Source of the DNA: an uncultured Cytophagales bacterium
GTDB lineage: Bacteria; Bacteroidota; Bacteroidia; Cytophagales; Cyclobacteriaceae
Assembly (NCBI GenBank): GCA_963820995.1
Contig: CAWGCL010000017.1
Coordinates: 4,729-68,728 of the forward strand
DNA: 64,000 nt
Reading direction: 5' to 3'
A program made the position numbers and the translations under genes. Within the stretch, counting starts at the first letter, position 1, and each line of letters starts with the position of its first letter. Of this stretch, positions 18,413 through 28,449 are shown one piece after another. The notes under the pieces were generated by a model that saw only the letters and a list, made by a program, of their open reading frames with translations, did not search any database and had not been told where the DNA came from.

Positions 18413-20899
18413 ATGGTACATACTTTGGCAGGGAATATTGGGCATCTTTTTGTAATCATTTCATTTATTTCAGCTATTGTGGCGGCTTTTTCCTATTTCA
18501 GAGCTGAACAATTACAAAATGCAGACTGGAAACATACGGCCCGTTTTTCATTTTACATACATATATTATCTGTATTTGGGGTAGTTGCTATCCTCTATTA
18601 TATCATTTATCATAACTATTTCGAATACCATTATGTATGGAGCCATTCCTCAAGGTATTTGCCATTTTATTATAAGCTTTCAGCATTCTGGGAGGGGCAG
18701 GAAGGCAGCTTTTTGCTGTGGATCTTCTGGCATGTGATCCTGGGGCTCATTATCATCAGGACTTTTAAAAAATGGGAATCACCCGTGATGTTTATTTTCT
18801 CGCTGGTTCAGGCTTTCCTGGTATCCATGATCCTTGGGGTGGTTATAATAAACCTGAAAATTGGAAGTTCTCCATTTCTACTGACCAGGGATGTAATCAA
18901 TGCGCCAGTATTTGACATAAATCCTGATTTTATTCCTGAAAACGGATCCGGATTGAATCCATTGTTGCAGAATTACTGGATGGTCATTCATCCTCCTACG
19001 CTTTTCCTGGGATTTGCAGCAACCATTGTGCCTTTTTCCTTTGCAATTTCCGGATTATGGTCAAAGAAAATAACAGAATGGATCAAACCAGCCGTCCCCT
19101 GGGCATTATTTGCAGCGGCTACCCTGGGGCTGGGCATATTGATGGGTGCTTACTGGGCATATGAAACTTTAAATTTCGGAGGCTACTGGAATTGGGATCC
19201 TGTCGAAAACGCCATATTCGTGCCATGGCTCGTTTTAATTGGAGGCATACATACCATGCTCATTTATAAACGAAATGGGGCAGCTGTTAAAACCTCCTTT
19301 ATCCTGATCATAGCAACTTTTCTTTTGGTTGTATATTCAACTTTTCTCACAAGAAGCGGTATTCTGGGTGATAGCTCAGTTCACTCTTTTACAGATCTGG
19401 GATTAAGCGGGCAACTCCTGCTGTATTTGCTGGTATTTGTTGTGCTGAGCATATATCTCCTGATAAGGAACTGGGGAATTATTCCTGCCACAGAAAAAGA
19501 GATAAATACCTATAACAAAGAATTCTGGATATTTATTGGAGCTACTGTTTTATCATTATCAGCATTTCAGGTAATCCTTCCTACGTCAATTCCAGTAATA
19601 AATTCCATTTTAAACAATATTGGAATTGAGACATCAATGGCCCCGCCAGCTGATCAGGTTATGTTTTATACCCGGTTTCAGATTTGGTTCGGCATAGGTA
19701 TTGCCATGCTAACAGGTATTGGGCAGTTTTTCTGGTGGAAGAAACTGGAAAAGGGAAAAGTATACCAGGAATTCGCTTTGCCCATTGTGATCAGCCTGGT
19801 ATTATCTACCCTGATCATGGCGCTATCCGGACTGAGAGATCTGTCCTTCCTTTTGCTTTTAAGTGCTGGCATATTCTCTATCGTGTCAAATATCCGGACA
19901 TTATTCAAATTATATTCCAAAAATGTCAAGCTTTCAGGTGGTGCGATTTCCCATATTGGTGTGGCTTTAATGTTGATCGGCATCTTATATTCCTCCGGTC
20001 TATCAAAAGTGATTTCTCTTAACAGATCCGGAATGACATACAGCAGCGACCTACCTGAAGAGGTGAATAAAGAAAACATACTTCTGTTCCAGGACCAGCC
20101 TGTAGAAATGGATAGTTATCAACTAACCTATAATGGGAGAAGGATTAAAATTGATGGCCTTGGCGGATATTATAAAAAAGATCAATTTAACCTATTGAAT
20201 GACACCTATTATTTAACCGCCAAAGAAGATATTTTAAAAGGTGATCTAATAACTGTTTCAAAAGGAGATACCGTGAAATATAATCCGGAAAACACGTATT
20301 ATGAAGTAAGCTATAAAAAGGAAAACGGAAGCTCTTTTTTGCTATATCCAAGATTACAGGAAAATCCGGATATGGGCAATGTCGTTTCCCCCTCAATTAA
20401 AAGAAGTGCTTTAAGGGATATCTATACTCACGTTACAGTAGTTGCTAACGAAGAAAAGGAATGGAGTGAAACAGTAGAGGAAGAAGTTAAACTGGGTGAA
20501 AATTTCTTCGTAAATGACTATGTTTCAACTGTTGAAAAATTCAAACGGATTGATGAGGTAGATGGCATTCCTTTGGAGGAAGGAGATATAGCAGTAAAAG
20601 CGCAAATAAAAATACAAGGTAAAACTCAGGATTATTACCTGGAGCCTATTTACCTTATACGTGATAATTTCGCCGCAAGAATACCTGAAGAGAATGAAGC
20701 ACTTGGCATCAAGCTGACGGTTTTGCAGATAATCCCTGATAAAGACGCCCTGGTTCTAGGAATAAATACTTCCCAGAAAGACTATATCATTCTGAAGGCA
20801 ATTGAAAAGCCATTCATAAACTTATTATGGACCGGGACGCTGATACTTATGATCGGATTCACCATTGCCACTGTTCGTCGTGTTAAGGAAATAAAATAA
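18413..20899 (+). CDS. ccmF: Cytochrome c-type biogenesis protein CcmF (heme lyase)
   Basis: 828-aa polytopic protein. It has the Trp-rich motif GGYWNWDPVENA and NPLLQNYWMVIHPPTLFLGF. Confidence 0.85.
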   Translation: MVHTLAGNIGHLFVIISFISAIVAAFSYFRAEQLQNADWKHTARFSFYIHILSVFGVVAILYYIIYHNYFEYHYVWSHSSRYLPFYYKLSAFWEGQEGSFLLWIFWHVILGLIIIRTFKKWESPVMFIFSLVQAFLVSMILGVVIINLKIGSSPFLLTRDVINAPVFDINPDFIPENGSGLNPLLQNYWMVIHPPTLFLGFAATIVPFSFAISGLWSKKITEWIKPAVPWALFAAATLGLGILMGAYWAYETLNFGGYWNWDPVENAIFVPWLVLIGGIHTMLIYKRNGAAVKTSFILIIATFLLVVYSTFLTRSGILGDSSVHSFTDLGLSGQLLLYLLVFVVLSIYLLIRNWGIIPATEKEINTYNKEFWIFIGATVLSLSAFQVILPTSIPVINSILNNIGIETSMAPPADQVMFYTRFQIWFGIGIAMLTGIGQFFWWKKLEKGKVYQEFALPIVISLVLSTLIMALSGLRDLSFLLLLSAGIFSIVSNIRTLFKLYSKNVKLSGGAISHIGVALMLIGILYSSGLSKVISLNRSGMTYSSDLPEEVNKENILLFQDQPVEMDSYQLTYNGRRIKIDGLGGYYKKDQFNLLNDTYYLTAKEDILKGDLITVSKGDTVKYNPENTYYEVSYKKENGSSFLLYPRLQENPDMGNVVSPSIKRSALRDIYTHVTVVANEEKEWSETVEEEVKLGENFFVNDYVSTVEKFKRIDEVDGIPLEEGDIAVKAQIKIQGKTQDYYLEPIYLIRDNFAARIPEENEALGIKLTVLQIIPDKDALVLGINTSQKDYIILKAIEKPFINLLWTGTLILMIGFTIATVRRVKEIK

Positions 20900-20955
20900 T
20901 AATCGCGGTTACAAATCGCATTCTGTCTTTATAAATAAATACATCAGCTATTTTT

Positions 20956-22020
20956 ATGAAGACGGGATCAACCATAAGGCTATTACTAATACTGGCACTA
21001 TTGTCGTCATGTGATATCGAGAATCCGATTCCAGATCCAATTGAGAATCCTGAATATGCCAACTGGATAATCCCTAAAAATGAAATTATCAAAAGGGGAA
21101 CAGAAAATGATTTTATACACTCATTTGATAATCCACAGTTTATTCCTGTGATTGCTGCTGAGGATCTGGAACCCGAAGATTTGATATTAGGATTAAATAT
21201 TAAAGGTGATTATCGGGCTTATCCGATAAATATTTTGAATTATCATGAAGTGGTTAATGATGAATATGCTGCAGGAGAAAAAATGATTTCCTATTGCCCA
21301 TTGAGTGGAAGCAGTACAATCTGGGACCGCAAAATTAAAGGCATTAGCACTTCATTCGGAGTTTCAAAATTTGTTTACAACTCCAGTCATTTATTGTATG
21401 ACAGGGTTTCGAAAGGGCATTGGCTGCCACTCAAAGACATGTGTGTGAACGGTGAACTTGAAGGATATGAGATAGAAGGACATCATGTCATTGAAACTAC
21501 CTGGGAAAACTGGCGTACCATGTTCCCTGGATCAAAAGTTATGAACCCACCTGCCGGCTCATCTTTTAACTATACTATTGATTCCTATAGTGAATACAAA
21601 AGCAGTGATACCATTTTCTATTCAGTCAAACCCTTGAACCCCGGGCTGCCAGTGAAAGAGAAAGTTCATGGGATTATTATAAATAAAAGAATAAAAGTAT
21701 TTTCCTATGAGGCTTTCGGTGATTCAACAACTATCATTCATGATAATTTTCAGGGTCTTTCAATGGTAGTAATTGGGAACCGATCAAAACAATATATCGT
21801 ATCATTCGAAAGAAGAATTCCAGGTGGACCTGAGCTCGATTTTATACCTGCTTCGGATGCTCCGAATATATTAATGACAGATAATGAAGGTAACAAATAT
21901 GATATCTTTGGCCTGGTAGTTGACGGTCCGCGACAGGGCCAGGCACTGATCCCAACTAAATCGATAACAGGTTATTGGTTTGCTATAGCTTCTATGTATT
22001 TGGACCCAATTATTTACTAA
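20956..22020 (+). CDS. DUF3179 domain-containing lipoprotein
   Basis: It has a lipobox, LLSSC. The core RAYPINILNYHEVVND...ISYCPLSGS...FGVSKFVYNSSHLLYDR is recalled as characteristic of DUF3179. Confidence 0.6.
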   Translation: MKTGSTIRLLLILALLSSCDIENPIPDPIENPEYANWIIPKNEIIKRGTENDFIHSFDNPQFIPVIAAEDLEPEDLILGLNIKGDYRAYPINILNYHEVVNDEYAAGEKMISYCPLSGSSTIWDRKIKGISTSFGVSKFVYNSSHLLYDRVSKGHWLPLKDMCVNGELEGYEIEGHHVIETTWENWRTMFPGSKVMNPPAGSSFNYTIDSYSEYKSSDTIFYSVKPLNPGLPVKEKVHGIIINKRIKVFSYEAFGDSTTIIHDNFQGLSMVVIGNRSKQYIVSFERRIPGGPELDFIPASDAPNILMTDNEGNKYDIFGLVVDGPRQGQALIPTKSITGYWFAIASMYLDPIIY

Positions 22021-22100
22021 TTTTTCCTTTTTCTGATTTAAATCATTTTTTCTAAGAACTATGAAGAATAGTTTTGTCTCAAGTTAGATTTTTTGCAGGA

Positions 22101-22559
22101 ATGAGACCATTTAAAGTTATTGGCATACAGCAAATAGCCATTGGAGGTGAAGATAAGGAAAAGCTTGCTAGATTCTGGATTGACATTATGGGCCTGGAAA
22201 AGGTAAAAACCTTTAAGAGTGAGATGGAAAACGTGGATGAGGATGTGCTGAAGATTGGGGATGGGCCGCATGCCGTAGAGGTGGATATCATGCAACCTGT
22301 GGATATAGAAAAAAAACCCAGGGTTCATGAGCCAAAACTTAATCATGTAGGCTTATGGATTGATGATCTGGCAAAAGCAGTTGAATGGTTACAGGAACAA
22401 GGTGTAAGGTTTACACCGGGAGGAATCAGAAAAGGTGCATCAGGATATGATGTTTGTTTTATACATCCAAAAGGTAATGAAGATTTCCCCTTATGTAGTG
22501 AGGGGGTTTTGGTGGAACTAGTACAAGCACCTGAAGAGGTGGTCGACGCTAAGCGTTGA
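22101..22559 (+). CDS. VOC-family protein (glyoxalase / methylmalonyl-CoA epimerase-like)
   Basis: About 152 aa. It shows a paired beta-alpha-beta-beta-beta pattern ([18 protein letters not shown]...; [25 protein letters not shown]). I prefer ATG 22101 to TTG 22074. Confidence 0.55.
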   Translation: MRPFKVIGIQQIAIGGEDKEKLARFWIDIMGLEKVKTFKSEMENVDEDVLKIGDGPHAVEVDIMQPVDIEKKPRVHEPKLNHVGLWIDDLAKAVEWLQEQGVRFTPGGIRKGASGYDVCFIHPKGNEDFPLCSEGVLVELVQAPEEVVDAKR

Positions 22560-22594
22560 TGACTAGTTTTTTGTGGTTGTAAAGTTTGGTTTAG

Positions 22595-22622
22595 CCGGGT
22601 ATTTTTATACCCGGTTTTTTTA
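22595..22622 (+). terminator. Rho-independent terminator
   Basis: CCGGGTAT (22595-22602) pairs with ATACCCGG (22607-22614) around a 4-nt loop. A run of 7 or more T follows. Confidence 0.85.
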
Positions 22623-22631
22623 TTTTTATAT

Positions 22632-23417
22632 ATGGAATATTACAACATTGCCTTCATAGGTGCGGGAAATCTTGCCTGGCATCTTGCCCCCGAACTTGAG
22701 AATTTCGGGCATAAGGTGTCATTGGTAAACAGCAGATCTAAAAAAAATGCAGTTTCTTTAATTGATAGGCTATACAGGGCATCTTACAAAAAGAGTCTGG
22801 ATTTCTCAAAGTCAGATATTGATATAATAATTATCACAGTTTCGGACAATCACATAAAAGATATAGCTTCAGAGATTATAATTCCGGAACATTGCTGTAT
22901 CATCCATACAAGTGGCACCCAATCTATAGAGATATTGGGTAGATCGGCTGCCTTGCATTATGGAGTTCTTTATCCTTTACAAAGCTTTACGAAGGGTGTA
23001 AAAGCCAGCTTTAAAGATACGCCTATCTTCGTGGAAGGAAACGGGAATTATGCCTATAAGGTTCTTCAGGAATTATCAAGGAAACTTTCAAAACAAACAT
23101 ATAAGCTTGATAGTGAACAGCGTAGTATTTTACACCTCAGTGCGGTAATAGCTTCTAACTTCTCGAACCATATGCTTACAATCGCCAAATCCTTAATGGA
23201 CCAGCATGATATGAGTTTTGAATTATTACATAATGTAGTTTATACAATGGTTCAAAAAGCCTTTATAGCAGGGCCAAAGAACGGACAGACCGGGCCTGCT
23301 GTGCGGAAAGACCTGGACACTCTGGAAAAACACCGGAAACTGCTAAAAAGTGACCAAAACCTGCAAAAACTATATACGCTTATTTCAAATCACATTATTA
23401 ATACCCATCATAATTGA
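22632..23417 (+). CDS. Rossmann-like / DUF2520 domain protein (NADP oxidoreductase-like)
   Basis: The N-terminus has the dinucleotide-binding motif IAFIGAGNLAWHL. Length is 261 aa. Confidence 0.55.
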   Translation: MEYYNIAFIGAGNLAWHLAPELENFGHKVSLVNSRSKKNAVSLIDRLYRASYKKSLDFSKSDIDIIIITVSDNHIKDIASEIIIPEHCCIIHTSGTQSIEILGRSAALHYGVLYPLQSFTKGVKASFKDTPIFVEGNGNYAYKVLQELSRKLSKQTYKLDSEQRSILHLSAVIASNFSNHMLTIAKSLMDQHDMSFELLHNVVYTMVQKAFIAGPKNGQTGPAVRKDLDTLEKHRKLLKSDQNLQKLYTLISNHIINTHHN

Positions 23418-23557
23418 CCGATTCTCAATTTTCTGAATAAGGGCTAAAAAATATCCTTTCTGAAAAGATCTGGTAACAGAATTTATCCAGTAGTTTATTT
23501 CCTTTTTAAGTTATTTGTAAAAGCTTAATAATTGTCTCTATTGAAGTATCGCTTTGA

Positions 23558-26500
23558 TCAATGCTTTCCACAGGCACATCCTGGCAACATAAATCCCTGG
23601 CTTTCTTCATGCCACTCAAAATTGTCGTTATAAGCGTCCAGCTCCCAGAAGAACTTTGTCCTCTTTTTATCCACATTCCCAATTTCATTCATGGAATCAG
23701 TGTTATATAATCTGCCATTGATCATTACCATGTCTACAGAGTTCGTATTCTGTATATCCTGAAGAGGATCTTTATCCAGAACAATCAGATCTGCCAGTTT
23801 CCCTTCTTTGATAGATCCTAATTCATCACCCATTCCTATATATTCAGCGCCATCGATAGTAGCGGCTTTCAGTACCTGCATATTAGTCATCCCTCCTTGA
23901 GAAAGGTTCCACATTTCCCAATGCACACCGAGACCTTGTAACTGCCCGTGGCCTCCGACGCATATCCTCACGCCTCTGTCGGCCAGAGCTTTGCATGATT
24001 CTGATACCAGAATATGCCCATTATCATATTCCTTATCAGGAACCATAGTCCTGTGCCTGGACCGGCTATCGATAATACTTCTTGGGGTGTATTTTAAAAG
24101 TTTCTCATTTTCCCAGACATTGGTTTTCTGATACCAATAATATTCCCCGTTTAATCCTCCATAATTGACAATTAAGGTAGGTGTATTGGCTGTATTGCTT
24201 GCAGACCATAATTGAAGAACATCTTCGTAAAGGGGAGCTACAGGCAAATTATGTTCAATACTTGTATGCCCATCATAGATCTCACTCAAATTATGATAAA
24301 ATGTCGATCCACCTTCCGGATAGACCATTATACCCAATTCCCTTGCCGCCTTTATGATCTGTTGACGCTGTTCTCTTCTGGGCTGATTATAACTTTTAAT
24401 GGAAAAGGCACCGTAGGCCTGGGTTCGTTTCAAAGCACTCCGGGCATCATCCAAATTGTTGATAACAGCCTTAAAATCACCATCAGCACCATAAATTATG
24501 GTTCCTGTTGTATAGATCCTGGGTCCAACCATGTTGCCGGCTTTAACCATCTCAGATTGGGAGAAGGACATCTCTGAATTCGATGATGGATCATGTGTTG
24601 CTGTAATTCCATAAGCAAGATTGGCATAATATGTCCACTCCTTCTGGGGGCTCAATCCATACCTGAAGGCAAATAAATGTGCATGAGAATCAATGAAACC
24701 AGGCATGATCACCTTGCCACTAACATCTATAATTTTTGCCCGCCGGGGAATTTTAACATCCTCCTTTTTTCCGATGGAAATTATCCTGTTGTCTTCCACT
24801 ACTACGACACCTTCCTCAATGATCCTTTCCCCTTCCATAGTAATGATCTTTGCACCTTCAAAAGCAATAATGCCTTCAGGAACATCAGTCTTTAACTCAA
24901 GGTCAACATTGATAACATTCTTTTTTATTTCAGAAATAGAATCAGGTGATCCTTCAAGAAAGGTAAAACAGTTTTTAACATCAACTGTATAGTATTTTTC
25001 TCCTAATGTCCAGTGTAGTTTCTTACTGTCTTTTGTCCATTGCAGATTTATGCCGGCATCATCGGAAACCTTTGCTACAGGTAAGGCTTTTGTTGATGCC
25101 GAAAGGTCAAAGGTCTGACCAGAAGGATTGAATGGCATAATATAAACCTGGTGTAGTTCTCCAAAGGCAAGCCATTTATTGTCGGGGCTTACATTATATT
25201 GATTGGCATAGGTAGATTTGAAGTGTGTTCTTTCTTCTTCACCCTGAAGATTGACACTTTTATATGATTTATTTAAAGAACCAAACAGATATCCACCGGT
25301 CTGATAAAATATACGATCTCCACGATTATTAAATCTTGGCGAAATTTCCTTCACTGATTATAAAATGTTGTTTTTCATCCTCAACGGACATCCAGTAAAG
25401 GCCCGGTTCTTTGGTATATGACATGCCCATGGCAAGATTGCCTGATTCTTTCTGGTAAACTATTTTTTTACTGTCAGGTGAAAAAGACGGAGTCCTGTAA
25501 ATTCCCTTTTCGCTTGTCAGGGTTCTTGATTCTTCCCCTCCAATAGCCATCATTTTAATGCTTCCTTTTTCTTCATCATTCCAGGTAACGTATACTATAT
25601 TTTTCCCATCCGGTGAGAAAGAAGGTTCAAATTCAAAATCACTTCCATCGGTAAGGCGTTCCGGTTCGCCATCCGGGAGTTTTTTTGACCATAAGTATCC
25701 AACAGCATTAAATACAAGCAATTTCTCATCCGGAGATGTTACAGCATGACGGATAACATTGACTTTGAATTTTTCCGGGGCTACTTCATGTTTAAAATAA
25801 AGCGCATCGCTGATTTTATGATCCGCCGAAGCAGTGAATTCAATGGTTTCTGAATTACCTGTTTGTGTATTGATCTTTAAGATCTTACCACCTGCCCAGA
25901 TAATGATATTTTCATTATCCGGCAACCAATTGAAGTTTGTATATACACCGAAAATGGCCCAGGCTTCCTGCTGATCCTTACTTAGTTGATCAAATGCGGG
26001 CTTTTGAATGCCAGTTTTCAGGTCGTGAATATAAAGAACCGACTTTTCCCTCACCCTCCGAACAAATGCCAGCTTTTTTCCATCAGGAGATACCTGTGGC
26101 CGGATTGCACCTCCGGGTCCTTGAATGATTGTTTCTGATTTTCCTTTTTCTATATCATATCTTTTAATAACATAAATCTGCGAATTTGGATCTTTGTTAT
26201 ACTGGAAAAATCCTCCGGGATAAACATCCTGGCTGTAATAAATATATCTGCCATCCGGGCTAAAACAAGGTTCACCAAGATCCTGCTGATCATTCATCTT
26301 TTCTACAAGTTGAATACCAGTTCCACCGGATATATGGTACATCCAAAGTTCTCCGGCACCCAGTGATCTTTCTGAAGTGAAGTGCTTTCTGGCAACCAGA
26401 TATTGCCCATCAGGAGACCAAACCGCATTGTTAAGCAACCTGAAGTCTTCTTTGGTTATTTGTTGCGGATTAGTCCCGTCGAGGTTCATGGTCCATATGT

Positions 26501-26825
26501 TGTCTCCTCCTCCGGCATCACTAGTAAAGCTGATCTTTTTACCGTCAGGACTGAACCTTGGCTGTACTTCAAATGGATATCCTCCTCTTAGTAATTTGGC
26601 CTGACCACCTGAAACAGGCATTATATATATATCGCCAAGTATTTCAAAAACGATACGTGTCCCATCAGGGCTTACATCGAGATTAATCCAGGTTCCTTCA
26701 GAAGTTGTAATTTTTACTTCTTTAAAAGGTTCCCCCGGTTCTGCAACATTCCACTTGTCTTTATTTTCCTGACCGTTAAGGTGCAATGCCAGGAACATTG
26801 GTATAATCAATAGATTAATTTTCAT
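23558..26825 (-). pseudogene. TolB-like beta-propeller / amidohydrolase fusion protein (~1088 aa), frame interrupted near 25348-25350
   Basis: ORF 25329-26825 carries a signal peptide and PD40 repeats (FSPDGKKISFTSD, SPDGQYLV, FSPDGRYIYYS). ORF 23558-25354 carries the amidohydrolase part (PGFIDSHAHL ... EHN ... CVGGHG). The two overlap by 26 nt in +1-related frames: ...HFIISEG NFAKI* versus (V)KEISPRFNNRG. Confidence 0.75.
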
Positions 26826-27007
26826 TTATTAAATGGTTTTTTATAGCTACAAAAATGTTCAATTTTATCTAATTATCCGTTGTGGTATGGTAAATTAGGG
26901 ATTGTGGACTGTGCTCGTATCCGCCGTTACCGAAGCTGAAGAGGGTGAAAATGTCTGAAATACCCCTACCATATTTAATATGCCACGTGCTACACTGTCA
27001 TGAATTA

Positions 27008-27586
27008 TTATTTCTTTTTCACAATATACATACAATATTTAGTCTCTGATTTGTGTCCAGATACTTTATCCTCGTATTTATAAATCAACGAAGAATCATT
27101 TAAAATCTCAAAATCAAGTCCCGAACTTTCGATCGTGTTCTTCAGAATCTTTACTTTTTTACCTGTGTCTTGAATGCAAATGCAAATCAGTCCGTTTTTA
27201 TTTATCCGTTTTGCAATTTTATCAATCAGGTCAGTCTCTCGCTTTTTGTCTCGTTTTTCAAAGTGGAACATTGAGTCAAGCAACACAATATCAAAATCCT
27301 GGTAATTATTAAATGAATAAATATCTCCGACTAATCCAGTTACATTTAATCCTTCTTTTTCAGATATTGAGTTCATTTGGTCAATACCGACTTTGGAATT
27401 ATCAATCCCTGTAACTATGTATCCAAGTCGAGCTAAATATATCAAGTCTCTTCCCTGTCCACACCCTAAATCAATCATTTTGCCTTTTGGCTCATATCGC
27501 CTGAAAAAATCAATCAGTTCGGGGTATGGTTCTCCGAATAAATCCTCCACTTCGTAATATTTATCATAATCTGTCATCTGAATCAT
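27008..27586 (-). CDS. Class I SAM-dependent methyltransferase
   Basis: Motif I is MIDLGCGQGRD, followed by an acidic post-I region. Length is 192 aa. Confidence 0.7.
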   Translation of the reverse strand: MIQMTDYDKYYEVEDLFGEPYPELIDFFRRYEPKGKMIDLGCGQGRDLIYLARLGYIVTGIDNSKVGIDQMNSISEKEGLNVTGLVGDIYSFNNYQDFDIVLLDSMFHFEKRDKKRETDLIDKIAKRINKNGLICICIQDTGKKVKILKNTIESSGLDFEILNDSSLIYKYEDKVSGHKSETKYCMYIVKKK

Positions 27587-27698
27587 TCGAATTTTGTCAT
27601 TTGTAGCGACCTCTTTGCAAGCTTCACAACTATTGAATAAAACTTTGGCTTAATGCGAGCCGCTATAAGTATTTTCTGCAGGAAGGATCTGCTCATTT

Positions 27699-28373
27699 TT
27701 ATTCCTGACTTTTGATGTGATATTCTGAGACCAGGTATGGTTCTATACTTGGATAATCGATAAATGACTTCACATCAAAATACACCTGAAGCATTCTTGG
27801 AACGATCATTAGGGGATTTCCAAAAAATTTGAAGGGATTAAACAGTTCCGAACTTGTTTTACAATGCTCCTCTACAATGCCATCAAATATCTCAGCGGAC
27901 GCCGGGGTATATGCCTCAACAACATTCCGGTTATAATGCCATAAAGGATGGATTTTTAATGATAAAGGGGTATGGCCATTATGCCAACGGTCAAGGAATT
28001 TTTCATACTCCAGGTCTTTCTTTTTCCTGAATAGTGTGAGAAGGCATACTCCTGGTGTAATATCACCATCCGGCCAGGTCCTATCATATTCCACAGGTAG
28101 AGCCTCAGTAACCTGATAGGAACCGATAAATTCCTTCGATTCAAGAAGTGAAGGAATAATTTCTTTTTCTTTATTGAAATACACTGATACGGCGGCAATT
28201 TTAGATTTTTTAAAGGGTATCACCGTGTTCCGGGGAGGTTCCTGTTCAGTCAACACCAGTTTGACCGAAATACCATTTGTCTTTATAGGTTCCACCGCAG
28301 AAAATATCCGATGCTTAAAAGCATCATATGACTCTGATTCCTTTCCCCTGATCAGGTAAATATCTTTTTGCAT
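27699..28373 (-). CDS. Hypothetical protein, possibly with an EthD-like C-terminal half
   Basis: 224-aa clean ORF. The segment EYEKFLDRWHNGHTPLSLKIHPLWHYNRNVV resembles EthD-domain proteins. The assignment is weak. Confidence 0.35.
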   Translation of the reverse strand: MQKDIYLIRGKESESYDAFKHRIFSAVEPIKTNGISVKLVLTEQEPPRNTVIPFKKSKIAAVSVYFNKEKEIIPSLLESKEFIGSYQVTEALPVEYDRTWPDGDITPGVCLLTLFRKKKDLEYEKFLDRWHNGHTPLSLKIHPLWHYNRNVVEAYTPASAEIFDGIVEEHCKTSSELFNPFKFFGNPLMIVPRMLQVYFDVKSFIDYPSIEPYLVSEYHIKSQE

Positions 28374-28449
28374 TACATCGAATTTATAATATGATTTAAA
28401 ATATATAATAATATTTTTATAAGCTGAAATATATTATACATAATCCTTT

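Noticed and set aside
19678-20079. Overlapping ORFs of 133 aa (minus strand) and 112 aa (plus strand, alternative frame) inside ccmF
   Set aside because: The CcmF frame is continuous and conserved across this stretch. The alternative frames give unconvincing composition.
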